Source of the DNA: an uncultured candidatus Porisulfidus sp.
GTDB lineage: Bacteria; Pseudomonadota; Gammaproteobacteria; Poriferisulfidales; Oxydemutatoraceae
Assembly (NCBI GenBank): GCA_965215125.1
Contig: OZ244052.1
Coordinates: forward strand, 928,001-992,000
Length of the DNA stretch: 64,000 nt
Direction of reading: 5' to 3'
The notes under the pieces are model-generated. The model made no database searches, was not told the DNA's origin, and saw nothing but the letters and a program-made list of their open reading frames with translations. Position 1 is the stretch's first letter. Each line of letters opens with the position of its first letter. A program made the position numbers and the translations under genes. Positions 40,718 to 52,294 of the stretch are shown piece after piece.

Positions 40718-41149
40718 TTAATATGCCTTCATGCCTTCGGCATCTTTCATGCCTTCGCCGCATTTACCTTCACCACATTTGCCTTCGGCATCTTTCATGC
40801 CTTCGGCACCTTTCATACTTTCACCACACTTACCTTCACCGCACTTGCCTTCGCCGCATTTACCTTCACCACATTTGCCTTCGGCATCTTTCATACCTTC
40901 GGCACTTTTATCATGATGACCGCAATGACCTTCGGCATCTTTCATGCCTTCGCCGCATTTGCCTTCGCCGCATTTGCCTTCACCACATTTACCTTCCATG
41001 TGAGAACCTGCCAGCATATAGCCGCTGGGCAGTTCCTGCACCGAGAAAATATTGTTTTCGGCAGACACGGCTCCCGCCATCGTCATGCTTCCCGCTAGGG
41101 TGGCAGTTACCAATCTGATTGATTTTTTCAATTTAAAGTCGTTGTTCAT
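40718..41149 (-). CDS. HvfA-like EGKCG-repeat RiPP/metallophore precursor
   Basis: Signal peptide, N.F...EL.SGY, nine EGKCG plus one EGHCG repeat. Confidence 0.85.
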   Translation of the reverse strand: MNNDFKLKKSIRLVTATLAGSMTMAGAVSAENNIFSVQELPSGYMLAGSHMEGKCGEGKCGEGKCGEGMKDAEGHCGHHDKSAEGMKDAEGKCGEGKCGEGKCGEGKCGESMKGAEGMKDAEGKCGEGKCGEGMKDAEGMKAY

Positions 41150-41411
41150 AATGAATCTCCATGTAAAGTTATAAGGGGTTACGAGTGTTCTAGTTTATCA
41201 TATTTACAATCTATCGTACAACAAGTAGCACGATATAAATTGAAGTAGATGTGCAGAAGGCATATAATACTTTCTATTATAAATCAGAAAAGTCTCTTAT
41301 TTTATATTTGTTAGTATGGTTTTCTTGAAAATCAGAGTGGTTTATGCAATATGTGCAGTTATTATCTTGGTGATAACCGAAATTTTTCTATCAATATCTT
41401 AGGATATAACT

Positions 41412-42758
41412 ATGGCAACGGAACATAGAAAAATATGTATCGTAGGTATGGGCTATGTCGGCCTGACCTTAGCCGCGATTATGTCCGATCGGGGTTTTGA
41501 TGTTTGGGGAATAGAGAAAAATCCGGATATACTAAAGATACTTATGCAAGGCAAACCGCACTTTTTAGAAAAAGGTTTTGAACCTCGCATCAAGGGTAAC
41601 CTGAATGCGGGGAGATTGCATTTTTTATCAAAATTATCCGAACTCAATAACGAACAACAGGAACCTTTGGTTTATATCATCACGGTGGGTACCCCGCTTA
41701 ACGATGAAGGTCATCCTCGTATGGACATGATAGAGTCTGTTGCAAAAGAAATTGCAAATCATATGATTGACGATGCGTTGGTCATATTACGTTCAACCGT
41801 GCAACTAGGCACTACCCGTAAGATTGTTAAGAAAACTTTGGAGAAAAGTGGTAAACAATTCGGGCTTGCATATTGCCCGGAGCGTACTATTGAGGGCAAT
41901 GCAATGGCTGAACTGGCTGTTTTACCTCAAGTTATCGGCGGCTTGACGGAAGCGGCAGCATTGCAGGCAGAAGCGGTTTTTAGAAAAATAACGCCTACAG
42001 TTGTCATGGTTTCCTCTCTTGAGAGTGCCGAGATTATTAAATTGTTGGATAACAGTTATAGAGACCTAAATTTTGCGATAGGAAATGAAGTTGCATTATT
42101 ATGTGAGGCGGCGGGGCTAGACAGCAGAGAAATTATTAAGGCTGCGAACATAGGTTATGCGAGGACACAGATCTCGGACCCCGGATTTGTTGGCGGACCT
42201 TGTCTCTATAAAGACCCACATATTCTGCAGGCCTCTCTGGAGACTTATGGTTATGTGCCGCAATTGATTAAACAAGGGAGAGCCCTGAATGAATCTCTTC
42301 CCGGCTATGTATGCGACCGTCTTGACCATACCGGAATTATTCCCGACAAAGGGAAAGACACCAAAATAAGTATTTTGGGTATGGCATTCAAGGGACGCCC
42401 CGAAACCGATGATACTCGCGCTTCGTCCAGTTTGGATATTGCTACATGCTTGAGGCGGCGGTATCCCGAAGCGATGATTTGCGGACACGATTTTGCCGTC
42501 GGTAGTCGGGCGATTTCCAATCTAGGGATAATCCCGGTGGATTTGAAGCAGGCATTTGATTGTGCATCGGTTGTGATAGTGGCAAACAACAATAAAAAAT
42601 ATGAGTGGATAGATTTGGATGCCTTAACGATGTCTATGGCAACCCCCGCCGCTATTTATGATATATGGTCTGTGTTGCCTGCCTATAGAGGTCTATACTC
42701 CGAAGACAAACTAAAGTTTATGCACTTAGGCAACGGTTCCAACCTAACCCCGAGTTGA
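41412..42758 (+). CDS. Nucleotide-sugar dehydrogenase (WecC/UDP-ManNAc-like)
   Basis: GMGYVGL, LRSTV..GTT, CPER, GFVGGPCL.KDP, LGMAFKG. Confidence 0.9.
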   Translation: MATEHRKICIVGMGYVGLTLAAIMSDRGFDVWGIEKNPDILKILMQGKPHFLEKGFEPRIKGNLNAGRLHFLSKLSELNNEQQEPLVYIITVGTPLNDEGHPRMDMIESVAKEIANHMIDDALVILRSTVQLGTTRKIVKKTLEKSGKQFGLAYCPERTIEGNAMAELAVLPQVIGGLTEAAALQAEAVFRKITPTVVMVSSLESAEIIKLLDNSYRDLNFAIGNEVALLCEAAGLDSREIIKAANIGYARTQISDPGFVGGPCLYKDPHILQASLETYGYVPQLIKQGRALNESLPGYVCDRLDHTGIIPDKGKDTKISILGMAFKGRPETDDTRASSSLDIATCLRRRYPEAMICGHDFAVGSRAISNLGIIPVDLKQAFDCASVVIVANNNKKYEWIDLDALTMSMATPAAIYDIWSVLPAYRGLYSEDKLKFMHLGNGSNLTPS

Positions 42759-42762
42759 TATG

Positions 42763-43025
42763 AAGCTGTTGCAAAAGTATTTCATACACCGTAGGGGTGG
42801 GACCATTCCCCTCCTGTGGAGGGGTGGCAGGCGCAGCCTGACGGGGTGGTTGTGTCGTGGAGCTGTTGAAAAAGTATCCACGAACCGTAGGGGCGGGCGG
42901 ACATATAAGTCCGCCCCTACCGCATGTCCGCCCGTAACGCGTTGCGCCTGCACGATTTATACATTCATTCATCCGGTTTATGGAAACCAAAACCATACGG
43001 CGCAAGCAGTTGCGGTTATTCCGAT
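42763..43025. repeat. Mosaic repeat: MITE ends, CCCCTCC module, REP nested in REP
   Basis: GCTGTTG(A/C)AAAAGTA twice; GTAGGGGC[GGGCGGACATATAAGTCCGCCCCTAC]CGCATGTCCGCCC. Confidence 0.85.
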
Positions 43026-43056
43026 TAGTTAGCATAAAATTCATAGGGTTGAATTC

Positions 43057-44055
43057 ATGACGAGCGAGCGAATTTTGGTAACCGGCGGGAGCGGCTTTTT
43101 AGGTAGTGCTTTGGTTAAAAAACTGTTGCGAGAAGGTTGGCAAGTACGTGTTTTAGATAATAATTCCAGAGGACATGCGAGGCGTCTTACCGATGTAATT
43201 AACGATATTGATTTTATCGTCGGCGATGTTCGTGATTATACCGTTGTTGAAAGCGCATGCAAAGGAATGGATGTAGTTGCGCATCTGGCTTATATAAACG
43301 GCACCGAATTTTTTTATAGCATGCCGGAACAGATTTTAGAAGTCGGTATCAAAGGTGCTTTGAACACCCTAGATGCTTGTCTTGCGCATAAAATAGACCG
43401 CTATTGGATTTTGAGTTCATCCGAAGTTTATCAGCGAGCAGAGAAAGTGCCTACCGACGAGACGGCGGCACTGATTATCCCCGATGTTCTGAACCCGCGC
43501 TATAGCTACGGTGGCGGTAAAATTGCGACCGAATTGCTGGCGGTAAATTATGGACGCAAGGCATTCCGTCAATTAGCGATTGTACGCCCCCACAACGTAT
43601 ACGGGGCCGACATGGGCTTTGAACATGTTTTACCGCAATTGATTATGCGTGCCGCTTGGTTGGATAGAGAGATCCCTAAAGGGCAAACCATTGATTTCCC
43701 GATTCGTGGATCGGGCGCACAAACCCGAGCTTTTGTATATGTAGATGATTTCATCGAAGGATGCTATACGGCTTTCACTCAAGCCGAAAAATGCTCCTTT
43801 TTTCATATCGGCACGATGGACGAAGTGAAAATTAAAGATGTAGTCTCTATCGTGCTGGAAGTATTTGACAGGGAAGGCAATATAATACCGTCCGAATCAC
43901 CCTCCGGGGAAACCGACCGCCGCTGCCCGGACATTGCACGCATACAAGCCTTAGGCTATGAACCTAAAACCAATTTGAAAGCGGGCATCAAAAAAATGAC
44001 AGAGTGGTACATTAAAAATGAATCGCTGTGGCCGGTCGATTCTAATATGCCCTAA
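43057..44055 (+). CDS. NAD-dependent epimerase/dehydratase
   Basis: TGGSGFLG, SSSEVY, YGGGK, NVYG. Confidence 0.9.
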   Translation: MTSERILVTGGSGFLGSALVKKLLREGWQVRVLDNNSRGHARRLTDVINDIDFIVGDVRDYTVVESACKGMDVVAHLAYINGTEFFYSMPEQILEVGIKGALNTLDACLAHKIDRYWILSSSEVYQRAEKVPTDETAALIIPDVLNPRYSYGGGKIATELLAVNYGRKAFRQLAIVRPHNVYGADMGFEHVLPQLIMRAAWLDREIPKGQTIDFPIRGSGAQTRAFVYVDDFIEGCYTAFTQAEKCSFFHIGTMDEVKIKDVVSIVLEVFDREGNIIPSESPSGETDRRCPDIARIQALGYEPKTNLKAGIKKMTEWYIKNESLWPVDSNMP

Positions 44056-44135
44056 TGTGGGGCTAGAGTTACGCACTCGCAACACACCTGCACAACCCCA
44101 ACCGCTGTGCGCCATTGAATTTATGATAACTAAGT

Positions 44136-45212
44136 CTACGGATAATTTGCAAACGCAGGACGTGCGGCGAAATACTCGTGAACCGTTTCTATTAACACTT
44201 GTAGATTATCGGGATTGGTTGCCGGATAAATGCCGTGTCCTAAGTTAAAGATATGTCCCGAACCTTCCCCGAAAGCATCGAGCACTTTAAGTACTTCGTT
44301 GCGTACCGCGTGTTCGGATGCAAGCAGGATTGAGGGGTCTAGATTACCTTGTAATGCGACTTGTTTCCCTACTCTGCGCCTTGCTTCACCGATATCGACC
44401 ATCCAATCCAAGCCGATTACATTGCATCCGGTTTCTGCCATCTTTTCCAGCCATAGCCCACCGCCTTTAGTAAATAAGATAATCGGCACATCCGAGCAAC
44501 CTTGGTTCTTCAATGCGGTTATCAGCTTCTGCATAGGTGCGAGAGAATATTCCAAATAGTGTTTGTGCGCCAACACGCCACCCCAAGAATCAAAAACCAT
44601 CACGCATCGGCAACCTGCCTTTACCTGTGCGGCAAGATACGAACCCCCTGCGGTTGCAAGCAAATCCAGCATGCGCTTAAACGAATCGGCGTGATCAAGC
44701 ATCATTTTCTTTACCAAAGAGAAGTTATGCGAGCCTCTGCCTTCTATCATATAAGTTGCCAGTGTCCACGGGCTACCGGTAAAGCCGATTAACGGTATGC
44801 GCCCATCCAGTTCCCTACACACCATAGAGATAGCCTCCATCACATAATGCAGGTCTGCGTCGTCGGGCATGCGTAAGGCATCGGCTTGCTTTTCGCCGCG
44901 TATGGGTTGCTTAAAAAAAGGACCGCGGTTTTCTTCAAAATCAAGTCCCAACCCCATCGCATCCGGGATGGTTAAGATGTCCGAGAATATAATTGCTGCA
45001 TCTAATGGATAACGTTCAACGGGCTGTAATGTGACTTCGCAGGCAAGTTCGGGTGTTTTACAAAGATTCAGAAAATGTCCCGCCTTTTCACGCACCCGAC
45101 GATATTCGGGTAGATAGCGACCTGCTTGGCGCATAATCCACACCGGGGTTCTATCTACGGTGCGATGTGCAATGGCATCCAAGAGGCGGGTGTTGGTATG
45201 CGCTTTAGTCAT
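44136..45212 (-). CDS. hemE: Uroporphyrinogen decarboxylase
   Basis: PVWIMRQAGRYLPEY, FSDIL, LQGNLDP, FNLGHG. Confidence 0.97.
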   Translation of the reverse strand: MTKAHTNTRLLDAIAHRTVDRTPVWIMRQAGRYLPEYRRVREKAGHFLNLCKTPELACEVTLQPVERYPLDAAIIFSDILTIPDAMGLGLDFEENRGPFFKQPIRGEKQADALRMPDDADLHYVMEAISMVCRELDGRIPLIGFTGSPWTLATYMIEGRGSHNFSLVKKMMLDHADSFKRMLDLLATAGGSYLAAQVKAGCRCVMVFDSWGGVLAHKHYLEYSLAPMQKLITALKNQGCSDVPIILFTKGGGLWLEKMAETGCNVIGLDWMVDIGEARRRVGKQVALQGNLDPSILLASEHAVRNEVLKVLDAFGEGSGHIFNLGHGIYPATNPDNLQVLIETVHEYFAARPAFANYP

Positions 45213-46667
<1,455 letters not shown>

Positions 46668-46672
46668 CTATA

Positions 46673-47055
46673 ATTCCCCTCCTTTGGAGGGGTGGCAGGC
46701 GAAGCCTGCCGGGGTGGTTGTGTCGTGGGGCTGTTGAAAAAGTATCCACGAACCGTAGGAGCGGACATCAAAATTGCCGATTGATCTACTGACTCAATCG
46801 GCGGCTCTATTCTGCCCGTAACGCGTTGGTCGGCACGATTTATACATTCATCCATTCAATTTATGAAAACCAAAACCAAATGGCGCAAGCGGTTGGTGTC
46901 GTGCAGAACGGTACTTAAGGGCAGACATTAAAATTGCCGATTGACCTACCGGCTCAATCGGCGGCTTTATCCTGCCCCCACGGCTTGGTGGTTATTATAA
47001 ATTCACGGCGCAAGCGGTTACGGTTGCAAGCTGACGATACTTTTTCAACAGCCCC
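46673..47055. mobile_element. Intact MITE (46727-47055) preceded by a CCCCTCC module; two REPs each carry a nested GCCGATTGA hairpin
   Basis: TIR GGGGCTGTTGAAAAAGTA / TACTTTTTCAACAGCCCC; no coding capacity; no obvious TSD. Confidence 0.85.
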
Positions 47056-47106
47056 CTGATGTCTGCACAAGCTAATTCCCCGCCACAGGAGGTGAATAAA
47101 TGGCAC

Positions 47107-47925
47107 CTAAGTTTCAGAACCGTCCACCCGGTTGCGAGCACGCGCTCTATAGAGCAATCGTTTAGCGAGTGCATCGGAGTCATCAAAGGCATTGCGATTA
47201 TGTAGCACATTGTTGCAAATCACACCCTCACCGGCAGCCAGTTTATAAGAAATCTTGTAGCGACTTGTGCGTAGCAGTTTGCTTAAACAGTCCAGAGCTT
47301 CTTCACACGACGGATGCCATTTTATGTGTTGCGAGCGTTCGGTGTAGTGCATGAGCAGTTTGTTTGTTATCGGATCGTCCCTGAATACCGGCGAGCTTCG
47401 TGCATCGCGTTCACCCTCGTTGGCGGGTATCGTGAATGCATGAGGGTGTCTTAGTGCTTCCACATAATCCGCGTTCTCCCGATAGAGCAGAATATAAACC
47501 ACTTCGTGATCCAAATACTCGTTCACCCCGCCTTCAGGTGCCGGTTGAACACAGTGCATCATAAATGCCCTGATGATATCGGCATCGGCATTGTAATAAC
47601 CGTCGGTATGCCATGACAGCGCACGGTCGGTATACGGGATATAGCGGTTGTTCGGGCTAGCCGTTATATGACTGATTTTATGCGTATCTGCCATTGGATT
47701 ATCGCATAGACTCTGCAGACCCAGTTGCGTCGCCAATGCCTTGAAGGTGGCACTGTCCGATATAGGCTGTAAACTACGATAAAAACTGAGGTTATACAAT
47801 TCACAGTTATCCAAAATCCGACGGCGTTCCGAATTCCTCAGCGCATTCGGATTATGGATTTCAACCATTAATTGCTCGGCATTGACCGCGCCTCGTTGCA
47901 GTTTAAGTTCTAATCGTTGTTGCAT
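47107..47925 (-). CDS. TauD/TfdA-family dioxygenase, divergent from dsrA
   Basis: IPYT..LSWHTDGYYN, NNVLHNR facial-triad pattern. Confidence 0.85.
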   Translation of the reverse strand: MQQRLELKLQRGAVNAEQLMVEIHNPNALRNSERRRILDNCELYNLSFYRSLQPISDSATFKALATQLGLQSLCDNPMADTHKISHITASPNNRYIPYTDRALSWHTDGYYNADADIIRAFMMHCVQPAPEGGVNEYLDHEVVYILLYRENADYVEALRHPHAFTIPANEGERDARSSPVFRDDPITNKLLMHYTERSQHIKWHPSCEEALDCLSKLLRTSRYKISYKLAAGEGVICNNVLHNRNAFDDSDALAKRLLYRARARNRVDGSET

Positions 47926-48000
47926 TTGCTTGATTTACTCAGTGCGACTTATTTTATCCGATTGAGCCTCTGCACCGCTAAAAGTATTTGGTACCATGGC

Positions 48001-48190
48001 GTAGGTGACCACCCCGTCAGGCTGCGCCTGCCACCCCTCCATAGGAGGGGAATGTACCGTCCCTACAGTTCGTGGGTACTTTTTCAACAGCCCCAAGTTC
48101 TGCATAATGTTACGCCGACTGACCTATCAGGCGGACATGCCAGTCCGCCCCTACTGGCTCAATCGGCGGTTCTATTGCGCCGCCCTCTGA
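48001..48190. repeat. Mosaic repeat in the dsrA upstream region
   Basis: Reverse CCCCTCC module, MITE end, REP GGCGGACATGCCAGTCCGCCCCTAC nested in the GCCGA..TCGGC hairpin. Confidence 0.85.
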
Positions 48191-48328
48191 TTTTGACATA
48201 AAGCAAAGCTATGCTATATTAGCATGTCCTAATAGAGCTTTCATTGGTTAAAAAAGACATATAGAGCCATGGAACGCTTCAGGTAATAAAAGATTGTAAT
48301 TTTCATAAAATAGTGGAGGTAAAAGGAT

Positions 48329-49609
48329 ATGCCAACAAAACAACCACATGACACACCGATGTTGGACGAACTGGAAAAAGGGCCTTGGCCTAGTTTTATT
48401 TCCGGCATCAAACGGCTTAGAGATCAACACGAAGATGACCGCGTGAGCGGTGTAGCAAACGACTTATTGGGTCAGCTGGAACATTCGTACGAGACCCGCA
48501 AGGGTTATTGGAAAGGCGGCACGGTGAGTGTCTTCGGTTATGGTAGCGGTATTATCCCGCGCTTTTCGGAAGTCGGCGCAGCGTTCCCCGCTTCCAAGGA
48601 ATTTCATACTTTAAGAGTGCAGCCGCCGTCGGGTAATTACTATACGACCGACATGCTCCGCAAGCTCGCAGATAGCTGGGAGAAATGGGGTTCCGGCTTG
48701 GTCACTTTTCACGGTCAGACCGGCAACATTATGTTTATAGGTGCCAGCACCGAAAACACGCAACACTTTTTTGACGACATCAACGAATACGGTTGGGACT
48801 TAGGCGGTGCCGGTCCCTGCGTGCGCACCGGGCAATCTTGCGTAGGTGCTGCCCGTTGCGAGCAATCCAATGTAGACGAGATGCGTATACACCGCACCTT
48901 GCTCAACAATTTCACCGACGATGTGCATCGCCCGTCGCTACCTTACAAGTTCAAGTTCAAGGTTTCGGGTTGTCCGAACGACTGCATGAATTCCATAGAA
49001 CGTGCCGATTTTGCCATCATAGGCACCTGGCGCGACGACATGAAAGTAGATCAAAACGAAGTCAAGGAATATGTCGCCAAAAAAGGTCGTCAATATATCG
49101 TTGACAATGTGATTTCACGCTGTCCGACCCAAGCCCTTTCGCTGAAAGACGACGACACTTTGGATGTGGACAACCGCAACTGCGTCCGCTGTATGCATTG
49201 CTTAAATGTGATGCCCCAAGCCCTCTCTCCGGGCGACGACACCGGCATCTCGATTTTAATCGGTGGCAAGCGCACGCTGAAAATCGGTGACTTGATGGGC
49301 ACCGTCATCGTGCCTTTTATGAAGCTGCAAAGCGAAGAGGATTACGAACGCTTGGTTGAGATTGCCGAAGAAACGATAGACTTTTGGGCTGAGAACGGTC
49401 TCGAACACGAGCGATGCGGCGAGATGATAGAGCGTATCGGTTTGATCAATTTCTTGGACGGCATCGGCGTGGAAGTTGACCCCAACATGGTGAGCGACCC
49501 TCGCACGAGTTCCTACATCCGAATGGACGAATGGGAGCAGGAAGCCAAGAAGTGGTTCGAGAACAGAGCCGAGAAAAAGTCCGAAGAAAAGCAGGCGGCA
49601 ACCGCCTAA
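48329..49609 (+). CDS. dsrA: Reverse dissimilatory sulfite reductase alpha subunit
   Basis: TPMLDELEKGPWPSF, WKGG.V.V.GYG.G, CVGAARCE, YKFKFKVSGCPNDC. Confidence 0.98.
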   Translation: MPTKQPHDTPMLDELEKGPWPSFISGIKRLRDQHEDDRVSGVANDLLGQLEHSYETRKGYWKGGTVSVFGYGSGIIPRFSEVGAAFPASKEFHTLRVQPPSGNYYTTDMLRKLADSWEKWGSGLVTFHGQTGNIMFIGASTENTQHFFDDINEYGWDLGGAGPCVRTGQSCVGAARCEQSNVDEMRIHRTLLNNFTDDVHRPSLPYKFKFKVSGCPNDCMNSIERADFAIIGTWRDDMKVDQNEVKEYVAKKGRQYIVDNVISRCPTQALSLKDDDTLDVDNRNCVRCMHCLNVMPQALSPGDDTGISILIGGKRTLKIGDLMGTVIVPFMKLQSEEDYERLVEIAEETIDFWAENGLEHERCGEMIERIGLINFLDGIGVEVDPNMVSDPRTSSYIRMDEWEQEAKKWFENRAEKKSEEKQAATA

Positions 49610-49637
49610 GATCAACACACAACATAGAGGAATAAGA

Positions 49638-50711
49638 ATGGCACAAGAACATCGTTCTCCGATTGAGTCGGGCTGTCCCGACGGTTTTCAATATATGCAT
49701 CCGGTGATGCGAAAGAATTACGGCAACTGGGCATACCACGACGACCCGCGTCCCGGTGTGCTAAAACATGTATCGCACGAAGGCGAAGCGATCTGGACGG
49801 TGCGCGCCGGCACCCAGCGCATTTTGGATGTGTTCACACTACGCAAGCTCTGCGATATCGGTGACAAATATGCCGACGGCTATGTGCGCTTTACGATCCG
49901 TAGCAACATAGAGTATATGCTGGACGACGAGAAGCGAGTCGTGCCGCTCATCGATGCCCTTGAAAATGCCGGCTTTGTCGTCGGCGGCACCAAGAACTCG
50001 GTGGCAATGATTTCGCATACCCAAGGCTGGTTGCACTGCGACATTCCCGGCACCGATGCCTCCGGTGTGGTCAAGGCAATGATGGACGAACTGATAGAAG
50101 AGTTTAAGAATTGGAACATGCCGAACCGAGTACACATCACCACTTCGTGTTGCCAAATTAATTGCGGAGGACAAGGCGACATCGCAATCAATGTTCAGCA
50201 CACTAAACCCCCTAAAATCAACCACGACTTGGTTTCCAATGTTTGCGAACGCCCGTCGGTGGTGGCACGATGTCCGGTTGCTGCAATACGCCCGGCGATG
50301 GTCAACGGCAAACCTTCGCTTGAAGTCGACGAGAAAAAATGTATCTGTTGCGGTGCTTGTTATCCGCCCTGCCCGCCGATGCAAATCAACGACCCCGAGC
50401 ATACCAAACTTGCGATATGGGTCGGCGGCAATCATTCCAACGCCCGCGGCAAGCCGTCTTTCCAAAAGCTGGTTGCGGCAGGAATACCGAACAACCCGCC
50501 GCGCTGGCCCGAGGCGACTGCGGTGGTGAAAAAGATTTTGAAAACCTACAAAGAGGACGCTAAGGATTGGGAAAGAATTAGCGACTGGGTGGAGCGCATC
50601 GGTTGGCCGCGCTTCTTTGAACTGACCGAACTGCCGTTCACGAAGTTTCATATCGACAACTGGTTAGGTGCCCGCCGGAGTCTGAATGCTTCAACGCATA
50701 TCCGCTTTTAG
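49638..50711 (+). CDS. dsrB: Reverse dissimilatory sulfite reductase beta subunit
   Basis: HTQGWLHC, CCQINCG, CICCGAC, PNNPPRWPE. Confidence 0.98.
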   Translation: MAQEHRSPIESGCPDGFQYMHPVMRKNYGNWAYHDDPRPGVLKHVSHEGEAIWTVRAGTQRILDVFTLRKLCDIGDKYADGYVRFTIRSNIEYMLDDEKRVVPLIDALENAGFVVGGTKNSVAMISHTQGWLHCDIPGTDASGVVKAMMDELIEEFKNWNMPNRVHITTSCCQINCGGQGDIAINVQHTKPPKINHDLVSNVCERPSVVARCPVAAIRPAMVNGKPSLEVDEKKCICCGACYPPCPPMQINDPEHTKLAIWVGGNHSNARGKPSFQKLVAAGIPNNPPRWPEATAVVKKILKTYKEDAKDWERISDWVERIGWPRFFELTELPFTKFHIDNWLGARRSLNASTHIRF

Positions 50712-50734
50712 TCTCGCAGTGTTGAGGCACTGGC

Positions 50735-51127
50735 ATGAAATTTTCCGTAGTAATAAACGAAGGCCCCTATACGCACCAAGCGTCGGATACCGCATACCAG
50801 TTCACTAGAGCGGCACTGGATAAGGGACACGAGATTTACCGGGTGTTCTTTTATCATGACGGGGTTTATAACGGCACCCGCCTATCGGTGCCGCCGCAGG
50901 ACGACCGCAACATATCGCAACGATGGTCGGAGTTGGCGGAGAAACACCAGCTTGATTTAGTGGTCTGCGTGGCAGCAGCACAACGGCGCGGCGTGCTTGA
51001 CGAAGGCGAGGCGAAGCGTGGTGGCAAGGATACCGATAATATCGCCCCGGGCTTTCGCATCTCGGGCTTGGGTCAGTTGATAGAAGCGGGCATACAATCG
51101 GATCGCCTAATCACTTTCGGAGATTGA
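50735..51127 (+). CDS. dsrE: Sulfurtransferase DsrE
   Basis: VFFYHDGV, VCVAAAQRRG, SGLGQL. Confidence 0.95.
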   Translation: MKFSVVINEGPYTHQASDTAYQFTRAALDKGHEIYRVFFYHDGVYNGTRLSVPPQDDRNISQRWSELAEKHQLDLVVCVAAAQRRGVLDEGEAKRGGKDTDNIAPGFRISGLGQLIEAGIQSDRLITFGD

Positions 51128-51137
51128 GGAACACACA

Positions 51138-51560
51138 ATGAGTGATACCCCCGAAGGTGCCGTTAAAAAGTTTATGTATGTCAACCGCAAAGTGCCCTAC
51201 GGCACGATTTATGCGTTGGAATCACTGGAAGTTGTTTTGATTGCCGCAGCCTTTGACCAGCAAGTCAGTTTGGTGTTTATGGACGACGGCGTCTACCAGT
51301 TGATGAAATCTCAAGACACCGACGATATAGAAATGAAAAACTTCTCACCCACCTACAGTGCTTTGGGCGATTACGATATCAAAACTATTTATGTGGATAC
51401 CGAATCGTTAAGCGAGCGCGGACTGTCCGCCGACGACTTACAGGCTCTGGTCTACGAGGACGAAGACGACGACTGGGAAGAGAAAAGTGCGATGCACTTT
51501 GTGGACCGCAAAAAGTTAGCCGAGATCATGGCTGAGCAAGATGTTATCTTAAGTTTTTGA
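51138..51560 (+). CDS. dsrF: DsrF
   Basis: PYGTIYALESLE, FMDDGVYQL. Confidence 0.95.
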   Translation: MSDTPEGAVKKFMYVNRKVPYGTIYALESLEVVLIAAAFDQQVSLVFMDDGVYQLMKSQDTDDIEMKNFSPTYSALGDYDIKTIYVDTESLSERGLSADDLQALVYEDEDDDWEEKSAMHFVDRKKLAEIMAEQDVILSF

Positions 51561-51577
51561 GGGATGCTGTCGTGTCT

Positions 51578-51883
51578 ATGCTCCATATAGTCAACAAATC
51601 ACCCTTCGAGCGCAATGCCTTATCGTCGTGTTTGGATACCGCACAAGACGACGCTTCGGTGTTGCTGATAGAAGACGGCGTGGTTTGCGCAACGGCCGGT
51701 GGTCGTTTTGCCGATACGATCACACAAGCGATGCAGCGAAACCTAGCGGTTTATGCGCTGAACCCCGACCTTAAAGCACGCGGTTTTTCCGACAAACAGG
51801 TGCTGGAGGGTGTAAAATTAATCGGCTATGAAGATTTTGTCGATCTGGTTGCAGATCACGACAATGTACAATCATGGTTATAG
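51578..51883 (+). CDS. dsrH: DsrH
   Basis: MLHIVNKSPF, LLIEDGV, DLKARG, QSWL. Confidence 0.95.
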   Translation: MLHIVNKSPFERNALSSCLDTAQDDASVLLIEDGVVCATAGGRFADTITQAMQRNLAVYALNPDLKARGFSDKQVLEGVKLIGYEDFVDLVADHDNVQSWL

Positions 51884-51907
51884 ATATATTCAACAGGAGA
51901 TAGAAAC

Positions 51908-52240
51908 ATGCCTTTAGAGATTGATGGTAAAACATACGAGACCGACGAAGAAGGTTATCTTGCCAACTTGAACGACTGGAAGCCCGAGCTTGCCGAAGCA
52001 ATGGCACAGGCCGACGGTGCCGAGTTGTCGGATAATCACTGGGAAGTCATCAATTTTCTTCGCGAGTACTACGAAGAATATCAGATTGCCCCGGCGGTTC
52101 GAGTCTTGACTAAAGCAATCGGGAAGAGATTGGGCAAAGACAAAGGTAATAGCAAGTATTTGTACGAGCTGTTCCCTTACGGTCCCGCCAAACAAGCGTG
52201 TAAATACGCCGGCTTGCCCAAGCCCACCGGTTGCGTCTGA
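51908..52240 (+). CDS. dsrC: Sulfur carrier DsrC
   Basis: TDEEGYL, LFPYGPAKQACKYAGLPKPTGCV with both conserved Cys. Confidence 0.97.
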   Translation: MPLEIDGKTYETDEEGYLANLNDWKPELAEAMAQADGAELSDNHWEVINFLREYYEEYQIAPAVRVLTKAIGKRLGKDKGNSKYLYELFPYGPAKQACKYAGLPKPTGCV

Positions 52241-52294
52241 CGACCGATTGAGTTAAGCCGAATTGAGGCAACCCAAGTTTGAGCGACCGTGCAG

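Noticed and set aside
42718-43044. Short ORFs over mosaic repeats (also 2816-3046, 32893-33123, 46661-46855, 47917-48201, 54333-54759)
   Set aside because: They are translations of repeat modules (e.g. PLLWRGGRR, HPVRLRLPPL), not credible genes.
49839-50651. 270-aa antisense ORF within dsrB and similar shadow ORFs (39751-40086, 61080-61442, 63370-63753)
   Set aside because: These are antisense shadows caused by codon bias or low-complexity repeats of real genes.
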